From NCBI GenBank assembly GCA_964474135.1, contig CAYYRV010000025.1, positions 1 to 35,491 of the forward strand: DNA of 35,491 nt, read 5' to 3'. The notes under the pieces are model-generated. The model was not told where the DNA came from. It worked only from the letters and a program-made list of their open reading frames with translations, and made no database searches. Below are positions 1 to 7,736 of the stretch, piece after piece (the first letter of the stretch is position 1; each line of letters begins with the position of its first letter). This DNA is from an uncultured Defluviitaleaceae bacterium. GTDB taxonomy: Bacteria > Bacillota > Clostridia > Lachnospirales > CAYYRV01. Position numbers and translations under genes: made by a program.

Positions 1-25
1 AACATTTTTTAATATCAAATCTCAA

Positions 26-1123
26 CTACACATTAAACCTAAACAAAATAACATCACCATTTTTAACAACATACTCCTTACCCTCTAAGCGAACCAACCC
101 CGCCTCTTTTGCAAGTGTATAGCTTCCAAGCCTAATTAAATCATCATAATTAACTATTTCGGCTCGAATAAAACCTCTTTCAAAATCTGTGTGAATTTTA
201 CCAGCAGCTTGCGGAGCTTTTGTTCCATTTACAATTGTCCATGCTCTAACCTCTTTAGGGCCTGCTGTTAAAAAGCTTATTAGTCCAAGGAGTTCATAGC
301 TTGCGGAGATAAGTCTGTCTAAACCGCTTTCGGAGACACCTAGGTCATTCAAAAACATTTTCTTTTCTTCATCTTCCAGTTGAGAAATTTCTTCCTCTAT
401 TTTAGCACATACTACGAATACTTTAGAATTTTCATTTTCTGCGTATTCTCTTACCCTAATTACATGATTATTATTTGCACCATCATTTGCCAAATCTTCT
501 TCTTGTACATTTAACGCATACAAAACAGGCTTGTATGTAAGTAGGTTAAAACTTTCAACAATTGTTTGTTCTTCTTGTGCATCAAATTGTATAGTTCTGG
601 CACATTTTCCGTCTTCTAATTCAACTTTAATTTTCTGCAAAAGCTCAACTTCTTTTTGTAGGCTCTTATCATTTTTTGCAGTTTTTACGGACTTTGACAG
701 CCTTCTTTCTATAACATCTAAGTCTGCAAAAATCAACTCTAAATTTATAGTCTCAATGTCTCTAACAGGGTCAACTGTCGCATCAACATGAATAACATTT
801 GTATCATCAAAACAACGTACAACATGAACAATTGCATCAACTTCTCTAATGTGTGAAAGAAATTGGTTTCCAAGCCCTTCACCTTTACTAGCACCTTTAA
901 CAAGACCAGCTATATCAACAAATTCAATTACTGCAGGAATTAGTTTTTGTGCTGAATAAAGTTCTTCAAGTCTATTAAGTCTCTTATCTGGGACACATAC
1001 GATTCCTACATTAGGGTCTATTGTGCAAAATGGATAATTAGCTGATTCGGCTTCCGCTTGAGTTAATGAATTAAAAAGGGTGCTTTTGCCTACATTGGGT
1101 AAGCCGACAATTCCAAGTTTCAT
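26..1123 (-). CDS. ychF: Ribosome-binding ATPase YchF (Obg-family GTPase). The ORF-track start at 1147 (TTG) is probably an N-terminal over-extension.
   Basis: The N-terminus [18 protein letters not shown] is the YchF G1 motif. A C-terminal TGS-like domain is present ([10 protein letters not shown]). A GAGAGGAAG RBS sits 8 nt upstream of the internal ATG at 1121-1123. Length is about 365 aa, typical for YchF. Confidence 0.9.
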   Translation of the reverse strand: MKLGIVGLPNVGKSTLFNSLTQAEAESANYPFCTIDPNVGIVCVPDKRLNRLEELYSAQKLIPAVIEFVDIAGLVKGASKGEGLGNQFLSHIREVDAIVHVVRCFDDTNVIHVDATVDPVRDIETINLELIFADLDVIERRLSKSVKTAKNDKSLQKEVELLQKIKVELEDGKCARTIQFDAQEEQTIVESFNLLTYKPVLYALNVQEEDLANDGANNNHVIRVREYAENENSKVFVVCAKIEEEISQLEDEEKKMFLNDLGVSESGLDRLISASYELLGLISFLTAGPKEVRAWTIVNGTKAPQAAGKIHTDFERGFIRAEIVNYDDLIRLGSYTLAKEAGLVRLEGKEYVVKNGDVILFRFNV

Positions 1124-1154
1124 TAATAACTTCCTCTCTTGTGACAATTATTGT

Positions 1155-1219
1155 TATACTGCTTAACTGGTAAAACATACATTTAAAACAGCTTGTGTAT
1201 TTTATCAGTTAAGCAGTAT
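1155..1219. other. Long imperfect stem-loop (14-bp arms TATACTGCTTAACT / AGTTAAGCAGTATA, about 37-nt loop) between ychF and the small upstream gene.
   Basis: The inverted repeat is read directly. It could be a terminator for the 1351..1539 gene, or a regulatory hairpin in the ychF leader. Confidence 0.35.
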
Positions 1220-1225
1220 ATTTAT

Positions 1226-1284
1226 ATTTAAGAACCTGTTCAATACCTCCATTTTTAAAGCGAGATATTAAACAGGTTCTAAGA
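1226..1284. repeat. Mini copy (TIR pair only) of MITE-like family 2, with AGAACCTGTT ... AACAGGTTCT ends.
   Basis: AGAACCTGTTCAATA at 1231-1245 pairs with TATTAAACAGGTTCT at 1264-1278. The same terminal motif flanks the longer elements at 6749..6904 and 14208..14396. Confidence 0.45.
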
Positions 1285-1350
1285 GTTAAATAATTTTAAC
1301 TAACATACAATAATATAAATTATAATAATATTAACACACTAAATACAAAA

Positions 1351-1539
1351 TTAATCAATATCTTTACCAGCAATATATCCAAAAAGCATACCCTTTAAAA
1401 AGATTACAAACAATATTGCAATACCTATAACTATTAGTTTTGATTTTTTATTTTCTGGTATAAATAATCCTTTTTGTGTAATTTTCTGCGTTTCTTCTTG
1501 TGCTACTCTATAGTGTCTTCTTGCTCGTGCATAAGCCAT
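1351..1539 (-). CDS. Small hypothetical membrane protein (62 aa, one TM helix).
   Basis: There is a strong GGAGGA RBS upstream (rc of 1540-1560). The hydrophobic core is LIVIGIAILFVIFLKGMLFGYIAG. No recognisable family. Confidence 0.45.
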   Translation of the reverse strand: MAYARARRHYRVAQEETQKITQKGLFIPENKKSKLIVIGIAILFVIFLKGMLFGYIAGKDID

Positions 1540-1875
1540 TTCAATTCCTCCTTAATAAAAATTATTCATTAATAACTTAAATAAATAATACCACAAAAAA
1601 TTAATATAGTAAAATATTATTTTTAGTATGTAGATATTTTATGTAAAAATCAAATTAAATATTATTATAAAATGTCCAAATAAATTTTTAGAAGATTAAT
1701 TAATTTAATGTGGCTTTAAATAAGTTAAACTGGATTTATGAAGCAAACTAAAAGTCACAAGATTTTTACATTATTATAACCTTTTAAAAAAATATAAATT
1801 TTTACAAAAATATATTGCATTTAATATATCTATATGATATCATTTTAATATCAAATAAATATTGGAGGAGCTTAT

Positions 1876-2868
1876 ATGAAAAAAGAAATAGAAACTACTA
1901 AAAACAATACAAAAGATAAAGTTATCAAACCAATAAACGGAGGTGTTGTTCTAGCTTTAATAATTATTCTTTTTGTAAGCAGTATCACATGGTTTATATT
2001 TTCTATAATTAATCTTGAAAATGGCACTACTTCAGGATTTCAAGCTATAGCCCAAATAATTATTTCTGCGCTTTGTTTTGGATTAGTTGTACCAATTTTA
2101 TCTTGTGGATTAAAAGTAATTAACCCTAATGAGGCACTTGTTCTTACTCTTTTTGGTAAATATTATGGTACAATAATAAATGAAGGTTTCTTTTTTGTTA
2201 ATCCGTTTTGTGTAGGTACAGACCCAACTGTTTATTTTGAACAAAACAAAATAGTAGCATATAAATCATATATGGGCGGTAAAAAAATATCATTAAAAGC
2301 TACTACATTAAATAATGAAAAGCAAAAAGTAAATGACCAAGATGGAAATCCTATTGAAATAGGTGTAATTGTAATTTGGAAAGTAGTAGATGCTGCAAGT
2401 GCTGTATTTAATGTAGATAACTACAAAACTTTTGTTTCAACGCAATGCGATAGTGTAATACGTAATGTAGTAAGATGTTACCCATATGACGTATCTTCAA
2501 AGGGTGACGAACATTCACTTCGTGGAAGTTCTACAGAGATTTCAGAAGTATTAAAAAAAGAGCTTCAAAGTCAAACAGAAATTGCTGGCATTGAAATTAT
2601 AGAGGCAAAAATATCTCATCTAGCGTATGCTCCTGAAATTGCTGCCGCTATGTTACAACGTCAACAAGCTTCAGCGGTAATAGCAGCAAGGCAAAAAATT
2701 GTTGAAGGGGCTGTTGGAATGGTTGAAATGGCACTTAACAAAATTTCAGAAAATGGAATAGCTACATTAGACGAGGAACGCAAAGCAGCAATGATATCTA
2801 ATTTATTAGTTGTACTATGTGGTAATAAAGATGCCCAGCCTGTAGTAAATAGCGGCAGTATTTATTAA
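1876..2868 (+). CDS. SPFH/band-7 (stomatin/flotillin-like) domain membrane protein.
   Basis: An N-terminal TM segment is followed by a band-7 core (NPNEALVLTLFGKYYG ... IAARQKIVEGAVGMVEMAL). An AGGAGG RBS is present. Confidence 0.75.
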   Translation: MKKEIETTKNNTKDKVIKPINGGVVLALIIILFVSSITWFIFSIINLENGTTSGFQAIAQIIISALCFGLVVPILSCGLKVINPNEALVLTLFGKYYGTIINEGFFFVNPFCVGTDPTVYFEQNKIVAYKSYMGGKKISLKATTLNNEKQKVNDQDGNPIEIGVIVIWKVVDAASAVFNVDNYKTFVSTQCDSVIRNVVRCYPYDVSSKGDEHSLRGSSTEISEVLKKELQSQTEIAGIEIIEAKISHLAYAPEIAAAMLQRQQASAVIAARQKIVEGAVGMVEMALNKISENGIATLDEERKAAMISNLLVVLCGNKDAQPVVNSGSIY

Positions 2869-2880
2869 AAGAGGTGGAAG

Positions 2881-3069
2881 ATGGCTGAAAAGGGCGAAAA
2901 AAATGATAAGAAACAACTTTTATTACGGCTTTCAGCTTCTCTTTGGAATGAAATTAATAAATGGGCAGAAGATGAGTTTCGTTCAGTAAATGGACAAATA
3001 GAATATATTTTATCTGAGGCCGTAAAAAAAAGAAAAAGACAGTCATTAAAAGATACAGAGGATAATTAG
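2881..3069 (+). CDS. Small ribbon-helix-helix (Arc/CopG-like) protein, co-transcribed with the SPFH gene.
   Basis: 62 aa with the pattern LLLRLSASLWNEINKWAEDEFRSVNGQIEYIL: a beta-strand followed by two helices. The RBS is AAGAGGTGG. It starts 13 nt after the SPFH stop. Confidence 0.45.
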   Translation: MAEKGEKNDKKQLLLRLSASLWNEINKWAEDEFRSVNGQIEYILSEAVKKRKRQSLKDTEDN

Positions 3070-3083
3070 AATATTGACACTAA

Positions 3084-3127
3084 TAAAGTGAGTTTAACGC
3101 AATAAAAATTGTGTTGTTCTCACTTTA
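3084..3127 (+). terminator. Hairpin (TAAAGTGAG ... CTCACTTTA) followed by a T-rich run, downstream of the RHH gene.
   Basis: The 9-bp inverted repeat is read directly, followed by TTTATTTAT. Confidence 0.4.
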
Positions 3128-3130
3128 TTT

Positions 3131-3385
3131 ATATTAATGTGAGTTCGACACAATAAAGCTGCGTCGAACTTTTGATAATATTTACACAAATTTAGCCAAA
3201 ATCAGGCTGAATTTGTGCTCATAACGTAAAAAATCTTACGATTTTCGACTACATCAAACTGACGTTATATTAATACACAAAAAAACAAATATTTGTAAAA
3301 TAACAATAATGATGATAAAATATTGTGATAACATCAAAAGTTTGATGTAGCTTTTATTGTGTAGAGTTCACATTAATATAAAATG
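3131..3385. repeat. Composite of MITE-like family 1: one about 130-bp unit in reverse orientation (3131..3270) plus a partial forward copy of its module 2 and right TIR (3332..3380).
   Basis: rc(3131..3270) aligns with the copies at 23436..23570 and 30961..31110, sharing ...CGTAAGATTTTTTACGTTATGAGCA...ATCAAAAGTTCGA.GCAG.TTTATTGTGTCGAACTCAC.... The hairpin GTTCGACACAATAAAGCTGCGTCGAAC (3143-3169) is nearly identical to the one at 6723-6749. Confidence 0.6.
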
Positions 3386-3405
3386 CCGTTTTTGGGGGAT
3401 TTATT

Positions 3406-4203
3406 TTGGAAATAATAAATTGGGACGAATTTCTACTACCTTATCAACAGACAGTAGATGAATTATGTCTAAAATTTAATAACATAAAAAAAGAAATTAT
3501 TTTAACAGGATGCCACTCTCCTATTGAATCTGTTAATGGTAGAGTTAAAAAAATATATAGTATATTAGATAAGGCCAATAAGAAAAATATACCATATTCA
3601 AGAATATCACAAAAAATTGAGGATATTGCAGGTATAAGAATTAATTGCCGATTTGTTGAAGATATTGAAAAGGTTCTTGAGCTTATTAGAGAGAGAAATG
3701 GGCATGATATTAAAATATTAGAGGAAAAAGACTATATAACAAATACAAAACCAAGTGGATATAGAAGTTATCATGTATTAATAAAATATTCTCTATTCAC
3801 AATTAATGGAAAGCAGGAAATACCAAGCGAGATTCAAATACGAACACTAGCTATGAATTTTTGGGCAACTATTGAACACTCTTTGAACTATAAATATAAC
3901 GGAAATATGCCAGAAGATTTAAAGAAAAGACTAATCCGTTCTGCAGAGGCAGCTTTTCAGCTTGATAAAGAAATGGGTAAAATAAGGGGAGAAATCCTTG
4001 AAGCCCAAAAGGTAGTACAAATAAAAAACAAACTTGTGGAGGATATACTGAAAAATATACAGTCATTATATTTTACAGCTAATCTTGACAGAGTAAATGA
4101 ACTTAACAAGCAGTTTTTTGAGCTTTATGAAGAAGGTAATATTGAGCAGTTAACAAGCTTTAATAATCAATTAAAAATATTAACAGAATTATATAAAGTT
4201 TAG
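3406..4203 (+). CDS. Small alarmone synthetase (RelQ/RelP/YjbM-type (p)ppGpp synthetase) with a C-terminal extension.
   Basis: Motifs GRVKxxxSxxxK, DIAGIRI, YRSYHVLI and EIQIRTLAMNFWATIEHSLNYKY are present. TTG start with a GGGGGA RBS. Confidence 0.75.
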   Translation: MEIINWDEFLLPYQQTVDELCLKFNNIKKEIILTGCHSPIESVNGRVKKIYSILDKANKKNIPYSRISQKIEDIAGIRINCRFVEDIEKVLELIRERNGHDIKILEEKDYITNTKPSGYRSYHVLIKYSLFTINGKQEIPSEIQIRTLAMNFWATIEHSLNYKYNGNMPEDLKKRLIRSAEAAFQLDKEMGKIRGEILEAQKVVQIKNKLVEDILKNIQSLYFTANLDRVNELNKQFFELYEEGNIEQLTSFNNQLKILTELYKV

Positions 4204-4339
4204 TAATCTTATTAAAATCTCCATTTTACGCTCTTTCGGCTAATTTTTTGTTCTGATGTATCAATGCTTCCAAGTATAAATATTTTATGGCAATATCTTT
4301 TATAGTATAAAAATGTTTTTGTTAAAAATTATGAGGGAA

Positions 4340-4376
4340 CTTGAAGAAACTTTATTAAAAGTTTCCTCAAGCTTTT
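4340..4376. terminator. Bidirectional rho-independent terminator between convergent genes.
   Basis: A 13-bp stem (CTTGAAGAAACTT / AAGTTTCCTCAAG, one mismatch) is flanked by T-runs on both strands. Confidence 0.6.
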
Positions 4377-4392
4377 ATAAGAATTATAGCTA

Positions 4393-6678
4393 CTAGTTCT
4401 TTTCAGAATTTGTTAATAAAATCACAAATTCATCTTTTGGTATAGGTTTAGAATAATAATATCCTTGAACAACATCATATCCAAGTTTTTTAAGCATATC
4501 TACTTGCTCTTTTTCCTCAACGCCTTCTGCTACTGTTTTTATTTTTAGTTTCTTAGTCATTTCAGCAATAGTTTCAACTACGGCATATGACCGTTCTCCA
4601 TCTTTCGCATCAATAAAGAAGCTACGGTCAAGCTTTAGGCAATCAATAGGCATATTTTTAAGTGAACCTAATGAAGAGTATCCTGTACCAAAATCGTCCA
4701 TTGCAAGAGCAAATCCCATTTCATGAATACTATTCAAAAATTTAATAAAACTCTTTTCATCATCAAGCATTGCACTTTCTGTAATTTCCAGCTCAATCAA
4801 TTCATGTGGTACACCATAATCATCTACAATAGCACATAAATCTTGCAAAAATGTTTTTGAGAGTACATGAGTTCTTGAGAAATTTACTGATATACATACC
4901 GGTTTTTGTCCTTCTTGAATCATACTTGCGAGTAGTATACAAGTTTTTTCAAGCATATGGAAATCAAGACGCATTATTGAGCCGCTTTTCTCAAAAACAG
5001 GTATAAATTCGTTAGGATATGATGTATGCTCACCGTTAACAATCCAGCGAACAAGGGCTTCTCCTCCTACTATTTTTTCATCTGATATACGGTATTTTGG
5101 TTGAATAAATAGCTTAAATTCGTCATTAAATATAGCTGTATCAATCCTGTTTTCAATTTCAATTTCCCTTACAAACTTTTTCTTAAATTCGGGTTTAAAA
5201 TCACATATTTCATCAAATTTCTGCAATTTTGCAATACGGTGGGCAAGATTAACCTTCTCCCATATGTCATCAATATCAAAGTCATCTTTTTCAAGTATGT
5301 ATCTACCAAATCTACATTCAAGTTTATGCCCCTTTATGTAATCAATACGTTCTGTAAGCATTTCGTCAAACATTAATTTATGCTCATTATACTTATCATT
5401 AATAGTTTCTACTGTATCAGTATTTTCAATATCTATACTGTCTAAAAGTATAAATTCATCAGCGTTTATTCTTGCATAGGTACAATAGTCTACTGTAGCA
5501 AATGCTTTTAAAATATTAGCCACCTCCTTTATTACTTTGTCACCGGTTTCACGTCCAAAAATATCATTTATTATTTTAAATTTTGAAATATCAAGTTTTA
5601 TAAGCATAAAGTTTCGATTAGGGTATTCATTTATTATCCTATGTAGTTCAATTTTAAATTTTGTAAAGTTGGGAGCACATGTAAGTTCATCATAGTATGC
5701 AAGTTTCTCAAGCTTTTTTGAGTTTTTGTTATTTATATAGACTATGTACAATATTATTCCTGCAAACAGTATAATAATAAAGAATGTTAATATTAAAGAA
5801 TTTTGCATTATTTTATTTGTTGTTTTGTCGATATTGTTTTCTTTAATTACAGATGTTATTACCCAATCATTTATTCCAAGAGGAGCATAATACATGAAGC
5901 GTGGTGTATCACCAAATGAATATTTTGCAAAACCTTGCTTTAGCGACCTAACATTTTCTGTAATTGTGTTAATATCATCTCCTGCAAGAATTGTCACTTT
6001 TCCAGGCTCAAATACATCAAAAAAGTTTCCCCCTTTATATCTATAATCCATATCCTCACTTGAAATCGAAAGTATTGTATCTCCATCTTTTGACATAACA
6101 TTAACACTGCCATAACCATTGAATGTTGGTGTTATAAGTTGGCTAAAATCATAAGTATCATATCCTCCTGCTACAATGCCTACAATTTCACCTTTATAAT
6201 AAAACGGCGTTGAAAAAACAATTGATGGTTCTCCGTCAGTTTTTGACAAAATAACCTTTGAAATATATGTATCCCCTTTAATTGCATGTGTAAAGTATTC
6301 ACGGTCAGATATATTTCCCTTATATCCTGAACTTGTAATAGCGTTACCATATTTATCTGTAATTATAATTTCACTGAATCCGCTGTCTGAAACAGCACTA
6401 AATAATGCAGATAAAATATCACTACGCTCAGTGTCTTCATTCGACATCATTTCTATTGACTTTGAAGCATACTTTATTATAGCAATCTTATTTTTTAATT
6501 CAGAACAAAGTATTTGCCTTTGCTGTTCCATTACCTCTTTTAATGTTTGATTGGCTGTTCCAGAAAGACTTTTTATAAGAGTGTTGTTATATAAGTATAA
6601 TGCAATACTTACTAGTATAAATACTGATACAAAAACTACTAATATTTTTTTGTGATTAAGATTTTTCAAGACATACAC
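4393..6678 (-). CDS. Membrane sensor protein with a periplasmic Cache-like domain, a degenerate GGDEF domain (NADEF instead of GGDEF) and a catalytically intact-looking EAL domain. Probably a c-di-GMP phosphodiesterase.
   Basis: N-terminal TM, about 260-aa extracytoplasmic region, second TM. The GGDEF-like segment reads ...YARINADEFILL. EAL motifs present: GGEALVRW, ELEITES, DDFGTGYSSL, KLDRSF and QGYYYSKP. Confidence 0.8.
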   Translation of the reverse strand: MYVLKNLNHKKILVVFVSVFILVSIALYLYNNTLIKSLSGTANQTLKEVMEQQRQILCSELKNKIAIIKYASKSIEMMSNEDTERSDILSALFSAVSDSGFSEIIITDKYGNAITSSGYKGNISDREYFTHAIKGDTYISKVILSKTDGEPSIVFSTPFYYKGEIVGIVAGGYDTYDFSQLITPTFNGYGSVNVMSKDGDTILSISSEDMDYRYKGGNFFDVFEPGKVTILAGDDINTITENVRSLKQGFAKYSFGDTPRFMYYAPLGINDWVITSVIKENNIDKTTNKIMQNSLILTFFIIILFAGIILYIVYINNKNSKKLEKLAYYDELTCAPNFTKFKIELHRIINEYPNRNFMLIKLDISKFKIINDIFGRETGDKVIKEVANILKAFATVDYCTYARINADEFILLDSIDIENTDTVETINDKYNEHKLMFDEMLTERIDYIKGHKLECRFGRYILEKDDFDIDDIWEKVNLAHRIAKLQKFDEICDFKPEFKKKFVREIEIENRIDTAIFNDEFKLFIQPKYRISDEKIVGGEALVRWIVNGEHTSYPNEFIPVFEKSGSIMRLDFHMLEKTCILLASMIQEGQKPVCISVNFSRTHVLSKTFLQDLCAIVDDYGVPHELIELEITESAMLDDEKSFIKFLNSIHEMGFALAMDDFGTGYSSLGSLKNMPIDCLKLDRSFFIDAKDGERSYAVVETIAEMTKKLKIKTVAEGVEEKEQVDMLKKLGYDVVQGYYYSKPIPKDEFVILLTNSEKN

Positions 6679-6719
6679 CCACCTATTTAGAAGTTTGTTT
6701 TATATTTCTTAAAATAATA

Positions 6720-6905
6720 TGGGTTCGACACAAAGACTGCCTCGAACTTTTAGAACCTGTTTAAATATTGCTCAGATTGACAAAGATTTGTGTTGTTCCA
6801 CAATAAAGCGGCAACAAAGCGTACTCGACAGTATATAGGCTTAGGGGCGGTGCAACGTCAAGATTGTCAAGGCGGCAACTTAAATATTGAATACAGGTTC
6901 TTAAC
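6720..6905. repeat. Hairpin module (6722..6752) followed by a MITE-like family 2 element (6749..6904) with about 20-bp terminal inverted repeats.
   Basis: TTAGAACCTGTTTAAATATTG at 6749-6769 is the inverted complement of CAATATTGAATACAGGTTCTTAA at 6882-6904. The interior is roughly 65% identical to 14225..14375. Confidence 0.55.
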
Positions 6906-7470
6906 AATATTTACATAAGTTTTGTTAAACTAGTTTAAGAGTATGGTTGTATACCACTTAACTAGTAAAATAGTCATCTAAAATGGCTAAAATTCCAAAC
7001 TGTTGTGTCATTCCTCCTAGCTTGCCTTTTGGCAAATCTTGTCATCGCTTCCTTGCATTTTGAAGTTTTATCTTATTTCAATTGTGTATTTTATTGGTTC
7101 ATAAGTATAACGTAAAATATTGTGATAGGTTTGCTTAATAAACCAATATTATGTTAAAGTATTAAAATACATTTTTTAAACGACCTCCCAAGTTAATCCG
7201 CTTTATGGGTTGTTAGAGTTTGTAGACTTTATACTGATTAATAAATATGTGATATACTTCAAACAAATACTAAAATTAAAACGGATATTGCTTTTAATTT
7301 TATTTAGAATAATTTTATTTTTTTAACATTACAATTTTTATTATTATAATTATAACATAAACTATTAATAAAAGTACTATAATTTTATATATTTATATAA
7401 AAAACTTCTAGACTAAAGCAAATAGCGAATTATAGCAAAATTTATACAAATTATTAAAATTTTGTTATAT

Positions 7471-7500
7471 TAGCGTGAGTTGGACTACATCGAACTCACG
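7471..7500. repeat. Solo TIR palindrome of family 1 (CGTGAGTT-GGACTACATCG-AACTCACG).
   Basis: A perfect 8-bp inverted repeat matches the ends (AACGTGAGTTCGAC / GTCGAACTCACGTT) of the long family-1 copies. Confidence 0.5.
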
Positions 7501-7511
7501 TTATATTATTT

Positions 7512-7560
7512 GCAAAAAAATAAAAACCTTATGGAGACTTTACTTCTCTAAGTCTCCATA
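7512..7560. terminator. Rho-independent terminator downstream of the feo operon.
   Basis: A 17-bp perfect stem (AAAACCTTATGGAGACT / AGTCTCCATAAGGTTTT) is followed by TTTATTTTC. Confidence 0.7.
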
Positions 7561-7566
7561 AGGTTT

Positions 7567-7725
7567 TTATTTTCTTGATAAAGTTGTATTACACGAAGCT
7601 TTTGAAGAACATCCTGAGCAATTTCTGCAACCACATACAACACCGCTTTTTTTATCCTTATACATTTTTTTTAAAGCTAAACATACTAACATAGTAACAA
7701 TTGTGCAAATTAAAAATGTAGACAT
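7567..7725 (-). CDS. FeoB-associated Cys-rich small membrane protein (52 aa). It is absent from the ORF track because it is below 60 aa.
   Basis: My hand translation of the minus strand gives MSTFLICTIVTMLVCLALKKMYKDKKSGVVCGCRNCSGCSSKASCNTTLSRK. It has one TM helix and a C-terminal CGC/CSGC cluster, and begins 11 nt after the feoB stop. Confidence 0.5.
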   Translation of the reverse strand: MSTFLICTIVTMLVCLALKKMYKDKKSGVVCGCRNCSGCSSKASCNTTLSRK

Positions 7726-7736
7726 ATATACAACCC

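Noticed and set aside
531-791. 86-aa plus-strand ORF inside ychF
   Set aside because: It is antisense to a highly conserved gene. There is no RBS and the composition is Ser/Cys-rich and hydrophobic.
26-1147. Longer N-termini offered by the ORF track for ychF (TTG at 1147), rpsI (15604), mltG (31095) and the radical SAM gene (25202)
   Set aside because: In each case an internal ATG with a properly spaced Shine-Dalgarno gives the canonical N-terminus ([14 protein letters not shown]; [13 protein letters not shown]; MRRKTILRV; MKWFDK). The extensions run into promoter or repeat sequence.
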